Source: Camelus ferus
Taxonomy: Eukaryota
NCBI RefSeq assembly: GCF_009834535.1
Contig: NC_045717.1
Coordinates: 26,164,001-26,228,000 of the forward strand
DNA: 64,000 nt
Direction: 5' to 3'
The translations under genes were made by a program, and so were the position numbers. Positions 23,658 to 35,559 of this stretch are shown piece after piece. A model generated the notes under the pieces. It was not told where the DNA came from. It saw only the letters and a list, made by a program, of their open reading frames with translations, and ran no database searches. Position 1 is the first letter of the stretch. Every line of letters starts with the position of its first letter.

Positions 23658-24379
23658 AGGACTACATGCGGAGGCGGGGATACTTCACATGTTTCAGGGT
23701 AAATAAATGTATCGTTAGGGTTAACGTCACCTGTTTCTTTGTACTTTTCAAAAAAGCGGTTTCTAAAAACTCGACGTCATATACGTGCCTCGCGTGACAT
23801 TGCTACTGGGCAGGACTGCCTAGGGCGCTGTTAGAAACGAACCTCCTCGCGGGACCCCAGAGAAGCACCGCCCGCCCAGGCCGCACCGCCCCGGCAGCGT
23901 CTCAGGGGGACCAGCCGCTCCCAGCACTTCCCCACGGACAGGGAAGTGCTGAAGCGACTTCACCGCTGGGGCTTTTACTGCTGTGACGCACCCCGGCTCA
24001 ATCCGCAACCCGCCACCCTCAGAGGGCGTGTGCGGTCCCCGCCCACCATAACGTGTCCTGAGCCCACAATACAAGCGTGGCAGACACTCAGAACCGGGGG
24101 CCACTGGCAGCTCTCAGAAGCAGCAGGCGTGGAGCGGCCCTGGCACACCCAGCACGGCCGTGCCAGGCAGGGCCTCAGATTCCAAATCCGCGCGCCCGGC
24201 ACACACCACGCCCGGGACGCCCTGGCCCCACTGCCTGTCCCAGGCCACAAAAGCTCCCAGTGTCTCCGGGGCAAGACAGACACAGTCCTGTTTGTCCCTC
24301 CGAGGGCACAACCTCTCTCTGCTTAAAAAAAACACGCGGCAAATAAAGGAGGCTGCCACGGGGACACTGCTGGCCGGAC

Positions 24380-24960
24380 TGCTGACTCCTAGAGAGGAAA
24401 AATAAAAACCACAGGGGTCACCATCTGACCCTGCAATGCCACTCCACTCCTAGGTGTGGACCCTGAAGAACTTAAAACACACGTCCATGCAGAAACCTGC
24501 ACACAAATGTTCAGAGCCACACACTTCACAGCAGTCAAAATGCAGCAACAACCCCTGCCAAAAGATAGACGGATAAACAAAATGTCTCCCCACACACAGG
24601 AGCATGGCTCAGCCGTGACCAGGAGAGCAGCCCTGACACCCTGGACAGGACCCTGAGAGCACGACACCCAGGGAGAGAAGCAGACACTGAAGGACACACA
24701 GTGTGTGAGTCCATGGATGTGAGGCGTCCAGAACAGGCCAGTCCCCAGACACAGGGAGGGGGCTCCTGGTTGGCACGGGCTGGGGAGAGGGAGGGAGATG
24801 ATGCTAATGGGGACGGGGCTGCTTTCTGAGATGACAGGATGTTCTGGAACGAGACAGGTGATGGTTGCACGACATTGTAAATATACTGAAAAAGGCTAAA
24901 ATGTACGCTCTAAGTGGACGAACCACAAGGCGTGTGACACGTATCTCAGAAAAGCTGCTG
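24380..24960 (+). mobile_element. Ancient L1 3' end fragment, copy C
   Basis: CAATGCCACTCCACTCCTAGG, CATGCAGAAACCTGCACACAAATGTTC, GGATAAACAAAATG, GGTGATGGTTGCACGACATTGTAAAT. Confidence 0.75.
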
Positions 24961-26299
24961 CTGCTGAAGGGAGGAGGAGGGACACCTGGTGGTCGGTAGG
25001 GCAGCAGACCCCCAACCAGGCCCAGTACCTCATGATGGTGCCGGAACCCCGGCACGTCCTCGAGCTTCCACGAATGGGTTCCCCGACCCCTCTCCACGAC
25101 CCAGGAAGGAGACTGCAGGACTGTCCCCTTTCCTTAAGCCAAGGGGTTTTGCCCAGGGCCACATGGCTGGGTCAGGGAGGGGGCAGAGCTGGGACCGAAC
25201 CCCGCAGCCAGGTGGCCAACAGCTCACTGACTCTGCCTCTGGCCCCGCAGGACAGGGGTCCTGAGCCCACAGACCGGAAACAAGTGTGGCAGAGGGCAGC
25301 CCCCCTAGACAAGGAGCAGCGGCCCCTCCCTGGACAGCGCCAACGCCTCAAGACATGCTTGAACACCCCAGGGGCCTAAGAGCAGCCAGGCCGGCCTCTT
25401 CCTCTTTTTGTCCTCAGAGCCTCGTATCCACTGCCAGCTCTGGGCACCCAACTGCCCGACATCCTCACTGTGCTCTTTGCGGGCCCTGTGCACCTCCCTC
25501 TGCCCACCGCTATGGCCTAGAAGTGCCTGTGCTCCGGTGCGGGGGCCACCTCCCCAGGGCTGTTTACACTGGTGATTGTAGCCTCTGCCACAGGCAACGA
25601 CAGGGCCAGAAAGGGCTCCATGGGCCGTATGCCATGCGTGGGTCCCCTGGAGGGTCTGGGGGACCAAGAAGACCCTCAAGAGCCAGTCCTCTCACTGGGT
25701 ACTCTGGGACTCCTGCAGCAGCGGGGGCTGTGGGTCTGGGGTCCCAGGAGAAGTTAGCTCAGCAGGGAGTAAGGAAAGGGTGCTTATTCAGGTAGCTGAG
25801 TCAGGCTCTGCAGGTGACAACCAGGAGAGGCCTTACCACAGCCCTGGGTGTGTCCCACCCCTGTCCTAACCCCGACCCCAGCTTCCCCCTCTGGGACATG
25901 GGATCCATCACTGTCCAGCACTGCTCTCTGGGGCAGAAAGTGAGAATACCCATGTGGGGCCTGGCACTGTCCCTGGGCACAGCCCCTCAGGGGCCCTGTG
26001 CCCTGACTGTGGCAGGAGGGCTCCTCAGAGGCGGTGACCCACCGCCGGGCCTAAGGCAGGTCGAGCAGGGTAGGGAGCCCAAAGCAGAAGGAACAGCCGG
26101 TGCCGGAGTCTTGGAGGCGCCCACATCCAGGTTTCGAATACGGTTTCCAGGACTCGGCCCCACTGAAGGGCGAGCTCCCCCTTAGAGTGGGGGTCGCCAG
26201 ACAACATACAGGACGCCCCGCTAAATTCCAATTCCAGGTGAGCAGACAATTGTTGGCATAAATGTGGCCCACGCCATCTCTGGGATATACTTATGCCCG

Positions 26300-27140
26300 C
26301 TCCGAAAATACGTATGTATGCACACATATTGTTCACACGAAATTCGTACTTGGCGGGGCAACCTGCGAGTTTATTTGCGGACCCTGGCCGCCCTACGGGT
26401 GCGTGACATGACAGGGCCTCGGGCACGGGGCTGCGGGAGAGACGCGAGGCCAGGCCCTGAGAACTCACTTTGCTTAAGGCTCAGGAAGGACTATCGACGT
26501 TGAGGACGTCCAGAAAGACTAGGGCCTTCCACCCAAAGCGGGCGGGAAGCCGTTACACGGACAGTCCGGGCGACAGCGCGGAAGCAGAGGGCTGGCCGCG
26601 ATGACCCCACGGCGGGGCGCACCGGAAGCGGCGGGGACACAGGGTCTCCATCCCCGGCCGCAGGGGCGCGCGCACGCGCACACGGCGCCTCTCCCCGCGC
26701 CCGTCCCGCGGCGCGCACGATCCCTGCCTGGCTGCCCCCTTGCTCCGCGCTGCAGGCGCCCCCCAAAGCCGTGCCCCCCGCCCCCGCCCGCGCTCGCCCT
26801 CCGCGGGAGACTGGGACGCAAGACCGCAAGACCGCGGGGTCAGTGCGCTTACCTGAGAAGAAGGCGGGAGCGCTGCGCTTCTCCAAGTCTTAGCAACCGG
26901 CCAGCTTGCCCCGCCTCCGCCACCGCCTGGCGCCGCGGGGCACGCCGGGAGCGTAGTTCCAGGGGCGGGGTCGGCGCGAGGCGGAGGTGGGGACCGGGAC
27001 TACAATCCCCAGAAGGCCGCGCGCGCTGCCTCGCTCCGACCCTTTCCTGAGAGCGGTTCCCGTGACCGGCAGGAGTGCGGGGCGAATGCTGAGTTGAATG
27101 TTCGAGACCCATGGGGCGGCGGGGAGAAGTCCGGCCCTGG
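26300..27140. promoter_or_regulatory. CpG-island promoter of SCAMP4/ADAT3
   Basis: Dense CpG; ZNF143/THAP11-type motif ACTACAATCCCCAGAAGGC at 26999-27017; GC box GGGGCGGGG at about 26962. Confidence 0.8.
26853..26950 (-). other. SCAMP4: Shared non-coding exon 1 of SCAMP4 and ADAT3
   Basis: Minus-strand donor CAG|GTAAGC (exon ends 26853) in a CpG island; no ATG in the exon. The 5' boundary is approximate. Confidence 0.8.
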
Positions 27141-27673
27141 GGCCTTTGGGAAATCAGCAGTGAAGGTACTGAGGCAGGAGGCACACGACCCGGAGTGTAG
27201 TTTGCTGCTGCCACGTGGCTCATCCGGAGGGGGTGTCTCCAGAGAACTAGATGCAATCTGGTTCCAGTGATGGTCTGGGGTCCCAGCCAACTCCAGCCTC
27301 ATTTTTCTATCTGTACAGTAGGCGAAGGAGATCTTGTGAGTCTCCCAGAAGTGAAATGAAATCAATATTTTATGGCAAGATAAAAATTTAAACATAATTC
27401 TCTGCCCTTTGACCTCTCCTCCCTGCTCTGTGCTACTGTGTATCTGCATATACATCAGCTCAATCTCCCCCATGGCAGGAATGCCTGCTCAACCATAAAC
27501 AGCAATTGTCTCCGAGCATCAACAAGACAGCTCCTTAAGAGATAACATTTCTCCTAGAGCTTGTAAGGGGGTTACGTGACTAGGATGACCCTTAGGTCTG
27601 GATTATGTAAACTGTCAGCAATATATCATTTGATGTTCAGCCCTCTGTCTCAAAAAACCATTTAAACTGTGCC

Positions 27674-27768
27674 TTTATTTTTTTTTTTTAATGGAGGGAC
27701 GGGGGATTGAACCCAGGGCCTCCTGCATGCTAAGCATGTGCTCTACCACTGAGAGTTACCCACACCCC
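27674..27768 (-). mobile_element. tRNA-Ala-derived SINE, short form
   Basis: Minus strand: ..CTCAGTGGTAGAGCACATGCTTAGCATGCAGGAGGCCCTGGGTTCAATCCCC..CTCCATT-polyA. Confidence 0.85.
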
Positions 27769-27893
27769 AAAAGTTTATTGAGGGCCAAGCAAGGAGGACA
27801 GGGTGTTTCATGCCCAAGAAAACCCCAACTCCATTTTTTAAAATAGTTGTTAGTACTGTGTAGGTTCTATACTTTGTGTTGAGCGTGACTTAT

Positions 27894-27895
27894 TT

Positions 27896-27937
<42 letters not shown>
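27894..27937. repeat. (TA)n microsatellite
   Basis: About 20 near-perfect TA units adjoining a SINE poly-T tail. Confidence 0.9.
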
Positions 27938-27953
<16 letters not shown>

Positions 27954-28033
27954 AATAGAGGAACTAGGGATTGAACTCAGGACCTCCTGCATGCCAAACA
28001 TGCGCTCAACCACTGAGCCATACCCCCATCCCC
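27938..28033 (-). mobile_element. tRNA-Ala-derived SINE, short form
   Basis: Minus strand: GGGGATGGGGGTATGGCTCAGTGGTTGAGCGCATGTTTGGCATGCAGGAGGTCCTGAGTTCAATCCC-polyA. Confidence 0.85.
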
Positions 28034-28236
28034 TGTGCCTTGATTTCCAATGGATGGAACAGTCCTCAGAGCAGAGATGCTCTTCCCAGGTTATAATCCT
28101 CAAATTTGGCTTGAATAAAATTTCCCATTTCTTTCTTAGACTGACTTGAGTGATTCATTTTCCATCAACACAGACAAAATATGCTAATTTTATGAGCAAG
28201 TCCAGTTATTCATTCTAGTTACACAGGTTTAACCCA

Positions 28237-28440
28237 GAGGGTCTCAACCAGGGGCAGTTTGTCCCCCCACCCCCAGGGGACAGTGGGCAATGTCTGGGGG
28301 TATTCGTGATTGTTAGGGTGCTCCTGGCATCCAGACCCAGAAGCCAGGGAATGCTACTCAACACCATACAATGCACAGGATGCCCTCAAAACAGAGCTTC
28401 CCGTCATGTCTGCAGTGCGGGGGTAAGAAGACCCTGGTTT
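28237..28440 (+). mobile_element. MER20 (hAT-Charlie)
   Basis: GGTCTCAACCAGGGGCAGTTTG..GGGCAATGTCTGG..GCCAGGGAATGCTACTCAACACCATACAATGCACAGG. Confidence 0.75.
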
Positions 28441-28760
28441 GACCCCATAGCTAAGCAAGGACTTAGTATCAGATCTAAAAGGACTCTGAAGGGCGAAAAT
28501 TTTATTCATATCTTTCTATTTTCTCCCTGCTCCCCTCCTGGAAGAACCAAGGAATCCCCTGCCAAGATCCATCAAATGTCTACCTTGGGACCGGTGGCTG
28601 GAGGGGAGAACCCACTTCCTGGTGTCCCCACTGCAGCCCAGATCCTCAACACTGCAGGGCCCTTAGAGTCCAACCCCGTGTGTTTCTCCTCTTAATTTGC
28701 AAAGCATCGCCTGGTGTCCTGATCTATTGCATACAACAACACTCGGGGTGGGGGGTGGCT

Positions 28761-28885
28761 GGGGGTGAGTATAGCTCAGTGGTAGAGCACATACCTTGCG
28801 TGCATGAGGCCCTGGGTTCAATCCCCAGTACCTCCATTAAGAAAAACTAACAAATAAGTAAACCTAATTACCTTCCCCCCCCAAA
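28761..28885 (+). mobile_element. tRNA-Ala-derived SINE, long form
   Basis: A box TAGCTCAGTGG, B box GGTTCAATCC, tail TAAACCTAATTACCTTCCCCCC. Confidence 0.85.
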
Positions 28886-29174
28886 CAAACAAATGACACT
28901 CTGGGAAAACATCCTGCTTGAAGCTGGTCGCTCTCTTTTTCTCTTTTCTAAATAAAAACGCAGATTAATATGTGTTTTAGTTTAACTTTTTTTTAAAGAT
29001 ATCTTTCCATCCCTGGATGTCCCACTCAAGCTAGCCAAGAGTCCCTGTTTTGCTGATTCTTTTTTTAAATGCTCTTTGACAAGTTGTTAAAAGCAATGCC
29101 TAGATTTTCTGCATCTAAAGAATGAATCTCTTCAGCATATGTTTCTGCTTATCTTCAATTTCTCAAAATGCAAA

Positions 29175-29790
29175 AACATGTACAGGTAGGGACATAGAAT
29201 GGTACAGCTGCTGTGCAAAACATTTTGGCAGTTTTTCAAAAAGTTAAACATAGAATTACCCTATAATCCAGCAACTCCACTTCTGGGTAAATATGGGAGA
29301 GAGAGGCAATTGGGGACTTGAACACTCACATTCATAGCAGCATTATCCACAATAGACAAAGGGTGGAAACAACTCAAGTATTCATAACCAGATGATGGAT
29401 AAACAGAATGTGATCATCCATACAACGGAATATTACTCAGCCATGAATTCGAAGGAGATTCTGACACCTGCTACAACATGGATGAACCTTGAAGATATGA
29501 TGCTTAATGAGAGAACCAGACACAGAAGGACACACAGTGTCTGATCCCACTCACTGGAGGTCCCTGGAGGAGTCGCATCCATAGAGACAGAAAGCAGGTG
29601 GTGGGGGCCAGGGGCTTGGGGAGAGGATGAGGAGTGCCTGCAAATGGGTATGGGTTATAAAAATATTCTGGGGTTATAAAAATGTTCTGCAAATAGAGTT
29701 GATGGTTACACAACATCGTGGATGTACTGTCTATAAAACTGAATTGTACTCTCTAAATGGTTAATTTTATATTACGTGAAATTCACTTAA
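29175..29790 (+). mobile_element. Ancient L1 (L1MB-like) 3' end, copy D (AT-rich, near-canonical)
   Basis: AAAAAGTTAAACATAGAATTACCCTATAATCCAGCAACTCCACTTCTGGG, CATGGATGAACCTTGAAGA, AAATGGTTAATTTTATATTA. Confidence 0.85.
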
Positions 29791-29805
29791 AAAAAACAAA
29801 CAGGA

Positions 29806-29890
29806 GGGGATGGGCGGATATAGCTCACTGGTACACTAGGTGCTGGGCGTGCACAAGGTCCTGGCTTCAATCCCCAGTACCTCCATTAAG
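29806..29890 (+). mobile_element. tRNA-Ala-derived SINE, short form
   Basis: GGATATAGCTCACTGGTA..GGTCCTGGCTTCAATCCCCAGTACCTCCATTAA. Confidence 0.75.
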
Positions 29891-30699
29891 GGGGCAGGTG
29901 TGGAGAAAAAGGAAAAAGAGACATAAAAGAGAGAAAGGAAATGACCCTTCTCTCCCTACCTCTTGTTCACACGCTGCCTTCATCTCCTTGCAGGACAGGG
30001 ACAGACAAGATTTCTGAAATCCTCTCTCTGCAACCCGAGAGAGGCCGGCTGGCTCCCAACCCAGGGGTCCCCTGTGTGGTCCCCTTACCCAGGGACCCTG
30101 CTGTCAGGCTGTCTGTGTAGACGCATGTTGCAGCCTCTACATCAACACGAATAACTTCACTTTGGGAAAGAAAACCAGCAAAGACCGGCTAAGTCTTTCT
30201 AACGAGTCATGCATCAATTCTGTGCATCCAAAGGGCAGTGCTGAGTTGGGAGGGGGAGGCCTGTGGGGAGTGGGCAGAGCAGGGTGCACAACACAGATCA
30301 GCTGTTTGCTGGGCTAAGGGGCATCTCTTCTCCCCTGGTACCACCTGGCCACGGGCATGGATACAGCCGAGAGGGTGAAACTGGAGGCAGGGCATTGACT
30401 CCCAGGTATATACCCAAAGGAATTAGAACAGGGACTCAAATACTAGTACATGGATGCTCGTAGAAGTTCTACCCACAATAGCCCAGAATGAGAAGCAACC
30501 TAAGTGTCCATCAACAGATGAGCAGATGAACAGAACAGGGTCCCTCCTTACACTAGCATGTACTCCACACTGGTCCCGCATCCAAGACAGAGGAGCTGTC
30601 TGTGCTTATGTTTCTAGGACTGGGATTAGGGTGGGAATGGAAATGGATTGGCATCTCCTTATGGGAAGCCCCACAGAGGCCAGGCACCTATAAGTGGTG

Positions 30700-31210
30700 T
30701 CTATGTTCTACCCACTTCAGATCCAGCACAGCCTTCTGGACCTGGTGCCCTGATGTTTGTGGGAGACTGTTCCTCTCACGACTCTCAGTCCACGTGGTTC
30801 CAGGGACTCCACTATCAGCTTGGCCACATCAGTCAGGGAAGTTCCCTCACCCTGGCCACAATGATTGGCTCAGGAACAAACAGGTGACTCAGGTGGGACC
30901 AGTGAGAGTCAGCGGGGACTTCATCTGAAATATAAGCAGAGTCACTCATTGTGCCACAGGGTGGAAGCCTGGAGATGCTAGGAGTCACTGTTAGCAACTA
31001 ACAGTTGAGCTTGTCTGAGAATGAAGTCAAAACAAAGAGGGCAGATCCTCAAGAGAAAAAAAGGTCGTGCCTCCACAACACTGCTTAACACCTGGATCCA
31101 GCCATACCTGAATCAGGATCCTCTTTTTGTTTGTTTTGTTTTGGTTTGGTTTGGTTTTTTGGTTTAAGCTAATTTGAGTCACAGCTTCAGTCTTTTATCA
31201 ACCAACAGCC
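30700..31210 (+). mobile_element. Old MLT1 (K/L-type) LTR remnant
   Basis: GGTGACTCAGGTGGGACCAGTGAGAG, CCTGGATCCAGCCATACCTGAA, TTTAAGCTAATTTGAGT. Confidence 0.5.
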
Positions 31211-32949
31211 TCGACTGGTACTGTCCCTTTTGTTTTGACATTGTTCATCATTCAGCACCTCTCACAAGAAATGTGACCTAGAAAACTCATGGTGGCATGT
31301 TTGTGTCCAGCACCAAAAAGTTGCAAAACCATGGACTCGGCTCCCCAACTGTAAGGTTAATAGCAGAAAGCGCCCTGGAGTCAGTCAGAACAGAAGCTCA
31401 GGTCGGCTGCCAGCCATAAGCTCTCCCACCTCTGCAAGGCAATCAACAAAAGAGTCCTGGAGAGGAGAGAGGCTGCCCTCCAAGTGTCCCCTATCTCCAT
31501 GAGGCTGGGGCCAAAATCAACAGTCCTCGCGCCAAGTTGTGTGGCTTGTGTTTTTCTGGCTGTTTATCCTGTTGACTTTCTGAGGTTGCCCCGGGCAGCT
31601 GGATGGACCCCAGGTATTTCCCGCCTCTATGGTGATCTTCCTGGAAGTAGGCTGGGGGGATTCCCTTCAGTTGCCCAGGGAAGGCAGATGAAAGGCTGCT
31701 GGAGTCTGACAAGGAGTGGAAAGCTGCCATCTGCGGCTTCCCAGAGGCTTTAGGACACTTCACTGCTCCCAGCAGGTCTCTCAATGAGTGAATCCCTGCC
31801 TACCCACCCAGACTCTAAGAGGACTCCATGACCCTATCTCTCTCTCACACCCCCCCCAACCATCTGTCATTTGGCAATTTCCCCCCAGGGTGGTAAACAT
31901 TTTGTTTCTGAAAAGCAAACTCAAATGTCACAAAATTCAAAAACCCAACCTCTTTGCTCACAACCCTTTACCTCTTAGTTCACACACAATTATGACCTAC
32001 CTGGTTCTCTGCTTTCTCAGGCCTCAGATGCTGATGTTAATGGTAATAATTCATCACGGTTAACATCTCCTGAAGGCTTATTTGGAACAGACACCATTCC
32101 AAACTCTTTGATGGTCTCACGTAGTCCTTTCAACAACTCTGTAAGACCGTACCACTAGTAACCCATTTTCAAGATGAGGAAACAGACACCGTCTCCTAGG
32201 CACCCAGCTCTCTCGGTCCCATCCGTGTCCTTTTGATTATTCTACATTAGGTGTAGGTTTACGCCGGCACCTCCCCGTGACATCCGGGTAGGGTCCTGCT
32301 GCGCAGCCGCCCACCGCAGCTCCGTCGTGGCCTGAAACAGGTCCCGGCACAGATGGGAAGACCATGAACATTTGTCCCTGAGTTTTGCTGCCATGGAATG
32401 ACCTCTTCCCATGTCTGGGGGCTGGAAATGCACCCCACCAGGCACACGGTCTAACTGACCCTCCTCAAACCCTGGCCACGCGGGAGTGGGGGCCAGAGAG
32501 GAGCCCCCATCTCCTAGTCTCTCCTAGCCCGCTCTTTTATTGCCTTCTCCCCATTTACACTACCTGGTGATACCTTACTTATCTAGAACGTCCGCACCAG
32601 GATGGCTGGAAGTTTTGATACTGTGACAACCCCATGGCCTGGCCGGGAGTGAGAACACGGTGCACCTGAGTGGACACCATGATTACTGTTGTGCTGGCGA
32701 GCGGGATCGCATGGCCCACGCAGCCCCCGGGGCGGCCGGCACCCCTTCCTCGACCCTCCGAGATCAAGCGGGCACTGTCGCCACCTACCGACCAAAGGCA
32801 GCACGGTCCGAACCCCTGGCTTCAGGCCGGATGAGGAGCTGCAGTTATATGAGCGCTTCCCAAGAAACACCCACACCCACCGCTCCTGGCTCCCTACACT
32901 CGGAGGGAGGGGCCCGGTTGCAGGTCGCAGCGAGGCCGGCACCGCCCGA

Positions 32950-33330
32950 CAGTAGCGGTTCTCCAAGCGGAATCCCCAACACCAGTAGCACCTGAGGTCC
33001 TTCAGAAATGCGGATTTTTGGACCCCACTCCCGACCTGCTGAATCAGAAACTGGGATCTGGGCTGGGCCGTTGGCGCTTCCAAGCCCCCCCCCCCCAGGG
33101 GATTTGGCTTTAGGCCCTGAGCAGCAGTTTGCAACCACGCTTGCTCCTTCAACATTTGCAATGTCTGGGGACATCTGTGGGTGTCACAAGTCGGGAAGTT
33201 TCCCGGCATAGAGCGAGTGGGCACCAAGGACGCTGCTCAACACCCCATGGGGCTCAGGAAGGCCCCGCCTCAGAGAACGACTTGGCCCCAGATTTCAGCA
33301 GTGCCGAGGTTAAGAAGCCCCGCAGTATTG
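32950..33330 (+). mobile_element. MER5A-like and MER20 hAT relics
   Basis: GAAATGCGGATTTTTGGACCCCACTCCCGACCTGCTGAATCAGAAACT (MER5A-like), followed by CATTTGCAATGTCTGGGGACATCTGTGGGTGTCACAAG..GTGCCGAGGTTAAGAAGCCC (MER20). A further MER20 piece lies at about 33590-33740. Confidence 0.6.
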
Positions 33331-33989
33331 GGGGGTGTGATGGAATCCTACTCAACTGAATCCCTGCTCACACTACACACACCACGATAAATCCCAGAAG
33401 GTCAGACGGTCTAGAGTAGGGCAACCCCCAGCGACTCTGAGTCATCGCCTCTCCCTCCCCCTCAGGTGCATATTTAAATGTGTGCGGAATCCTAGGACCT
33501 CAGTAGGTCATGGAACCATCTCCTAGGGAGTCCCTGGAATCCCCTAATCCAGTGGGCCCCCCCCCATGGGGGACCCTGCCAACTCCCCAGGGGACGCTAG
33601 TAAATTTCTGGGGACATTTATGGCTGTCATGACGGGGGGGAGGGGGTTGTGGCTGGCATCGAGTGGGTGAGGCCAGGGGTGCAGCTGCGCACCCCGCAGC
33701 GCACAAGACAGCCCCCACAACCAAGAATCATCCACCCCAAGTATCCTAGTCTAAAACTCCTGCCCCAGATGGAGCCAAGCAGATATGCTAATCATAGTGG
33801 GGAATCTTGGGCAAGGGTCTTGGGGCTCCGAGTCTCAGTTTTCCCAAGTGTAATTTGGGAATGATGACAACACCTACTGACCTAAGGTTGTTGCGAAGAC
33901 GGGACCAGCGTGGACAAGGAAGAAACCAGTCCCTGGTTCTGGGGGGAATCTACAGGGCGGCAGACACCTCCCCTAAAACGGAGGACCGT

Positions 33990-34460
33990 CCCGGACTGGG
34001 GGAAATCTACTTAAGGAGATAGGGAAACTTTTGCAGAAGTCCAAGCCCATGTGCCAAGGGCTGGGGGAGCCTCCTTGTCCTCCCGCCCCACTGCTGGGTC
34101 CTCCGGGCTGTGCGGTCCCAACGCCAGGTCGCGTTTCTTCGGTAAGGCTCCAGGAACGCGGAGAGCGACTTGCTGCACGTCCCGCCCCCTCCCGAGAAGC
34201 CCGCTTTCATTGGCTCCTGGGCAGCGGTGGCGGGGGCCGATTGGCCGAGAGGTGTGCCGGGGCGAGTGATAGACGGGTCGGGGGCGGGGCCCCCGGGGGG
34301 CCTCCGGGAGTCCTCCGGGAGTCCTCCGCATTTTCCGCGCGCGCAGGTTCGCCAGGCCCCGGACTCTAGCCTGGGGGGCGGGGAAGGGGCGGGGAGGGGG
34401 CGGCAAAGCACCCCACCCCAACGGAATTGCCCCGCCCGCAATTCGGGGCGGAGACCCCAG
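33990..34460. promoter_or_regulatory. Orphan intergenic CpG island with tandem inverted CCAAT boxes and GC boxes
   Basis: ATTGG at 34209-34213 and 34240-34244; GGGGCGGGG at about 34281 and 34387; high CpG; 7 kb or more from either flanking TSS. Confidence 0.65.
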
Positions 34461-34794
34461 CTGCCGGGAGACTCCCTGTCCTGCTCTCACTGTTTTCCTT
34501 TCTCAGATGGGGAAACTGATGCTTATTCAAAATGTTATTTCCTCTACCGTTTTTTGCATTACTTTTGATTTTTAAATATATTGCAATAAAATAGTAGTTA
34601 CCTCTATGACTGAGTTTTGCTGGCGCGACCCAAGTCCAGCTCTGCAGAGAAGGACCCAGGTAAGTGATCCTACTGGGTCCGCTGCGGCTTTTTGGGCTGA
34701 GGGCAAGTCACCCTTTAACATTCCCACCTGCGGCTTGTGGAGTTCTGATTTCTTCACACCCTCACCAACACTTGTCATGATCTGTCTTTGAGTT

Positions 34795-34930
34795 TATTTT
34801 ATTTTATTTTATTTTTGGTTGGGAGGAGGTAATTAGGTTCATTTAGTTATTTAGAGTATTGGGGATTGGACCCAGGACCTCGTGCTTGCTAGGCACGCAC
34901 TCTACCGCTGAGCTATAACCCCCCCCCCCA
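34795..34930 (-). mobile_element. tRNA-Ala-derived SINE, long form, inserted in an L1 fragment
   Basis: Plus strand GAGGTAATTAGG..GGGGATTGGACCCAGGACCTCGTG..CTCTACCGCTGAGCTATAACCCC. Confidence 0.8.
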
Positions 34931-35124
34931 TCTATTTTTTGAATGCAGCCATCCTGGCAGGCATGAGGTGCCACCTCACTGTACTTCGGGTCTGCATCTC
35001 CCTGGCGGCTCATGATGTTGGAATGCTGCTATACTCCAGGCTCTTTCTTAGGCCCCGGACTTGGTCCCTGCTCCAGGAGCGTTCCTAAGCAGCGGAAGGA
35101 GACAGGTGAAGTAAAATAAAGCTG

Positions 35125-35205
35125 AGAGCGCAGAGGTAGACTGAGTGCTTACCATGAACGTGGTCCCGGGTTCAATTCCCCGTACCTGTATTAAAAAAAA
35201 TAAAC
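35125..35205 (+). mobile_element. tRNA-Ala-derived SINE, diverged short form
   Basis: ..GGTCCCGGGTTCAATTCCCCGTACCTGTATT-polyA. Confidence 0.6.
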
Positions 35206-35559
35206 AATAAGAGGCCATTTCCAATAGTCACAGTAAGCACTCTACGGGGACTGCAACGTGGGTGGTAACGTGGTGAGCTGAGTGGTCGGGGATGGCATCT
35301 TTGCAGAGGCGACACTTTCCCTGAACCCAGAAATGATGAGTTTTCTGTGCGAAGAGCATTCTCGGCAGGACCTGACTCTGCGTGTTGAAACCGGGAAGAT
35401 CCCACAGGTTGGAGTTGGGAGAAAACAGGGGCGCGTGGAAGAGATAAAGCCAGGGGCCAGAGAGCTTGGCTACTTTGGTAAACCACTGGGCAGTTTGGAC
35501 GAAATCTAAACTCAGGTATATTCCGTGACTCAGCAAATCAATTCCTGAATGCATAGGTG

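Larger units (their letters stand above)
27160..28170 (+). mobile_element. Probable ERV solo LTR, interrupted by two SINEs and a TA microsatellite
   Basis: U5-like end AATAAAATTTCCCATTTCTTTCTTAG..CATCAACA (AATAAA 28114-28119, terminal CA 28170), abrupt drop in GC content. Family and 5' boundary not determined; no TSD found. Confidence 0.5.
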
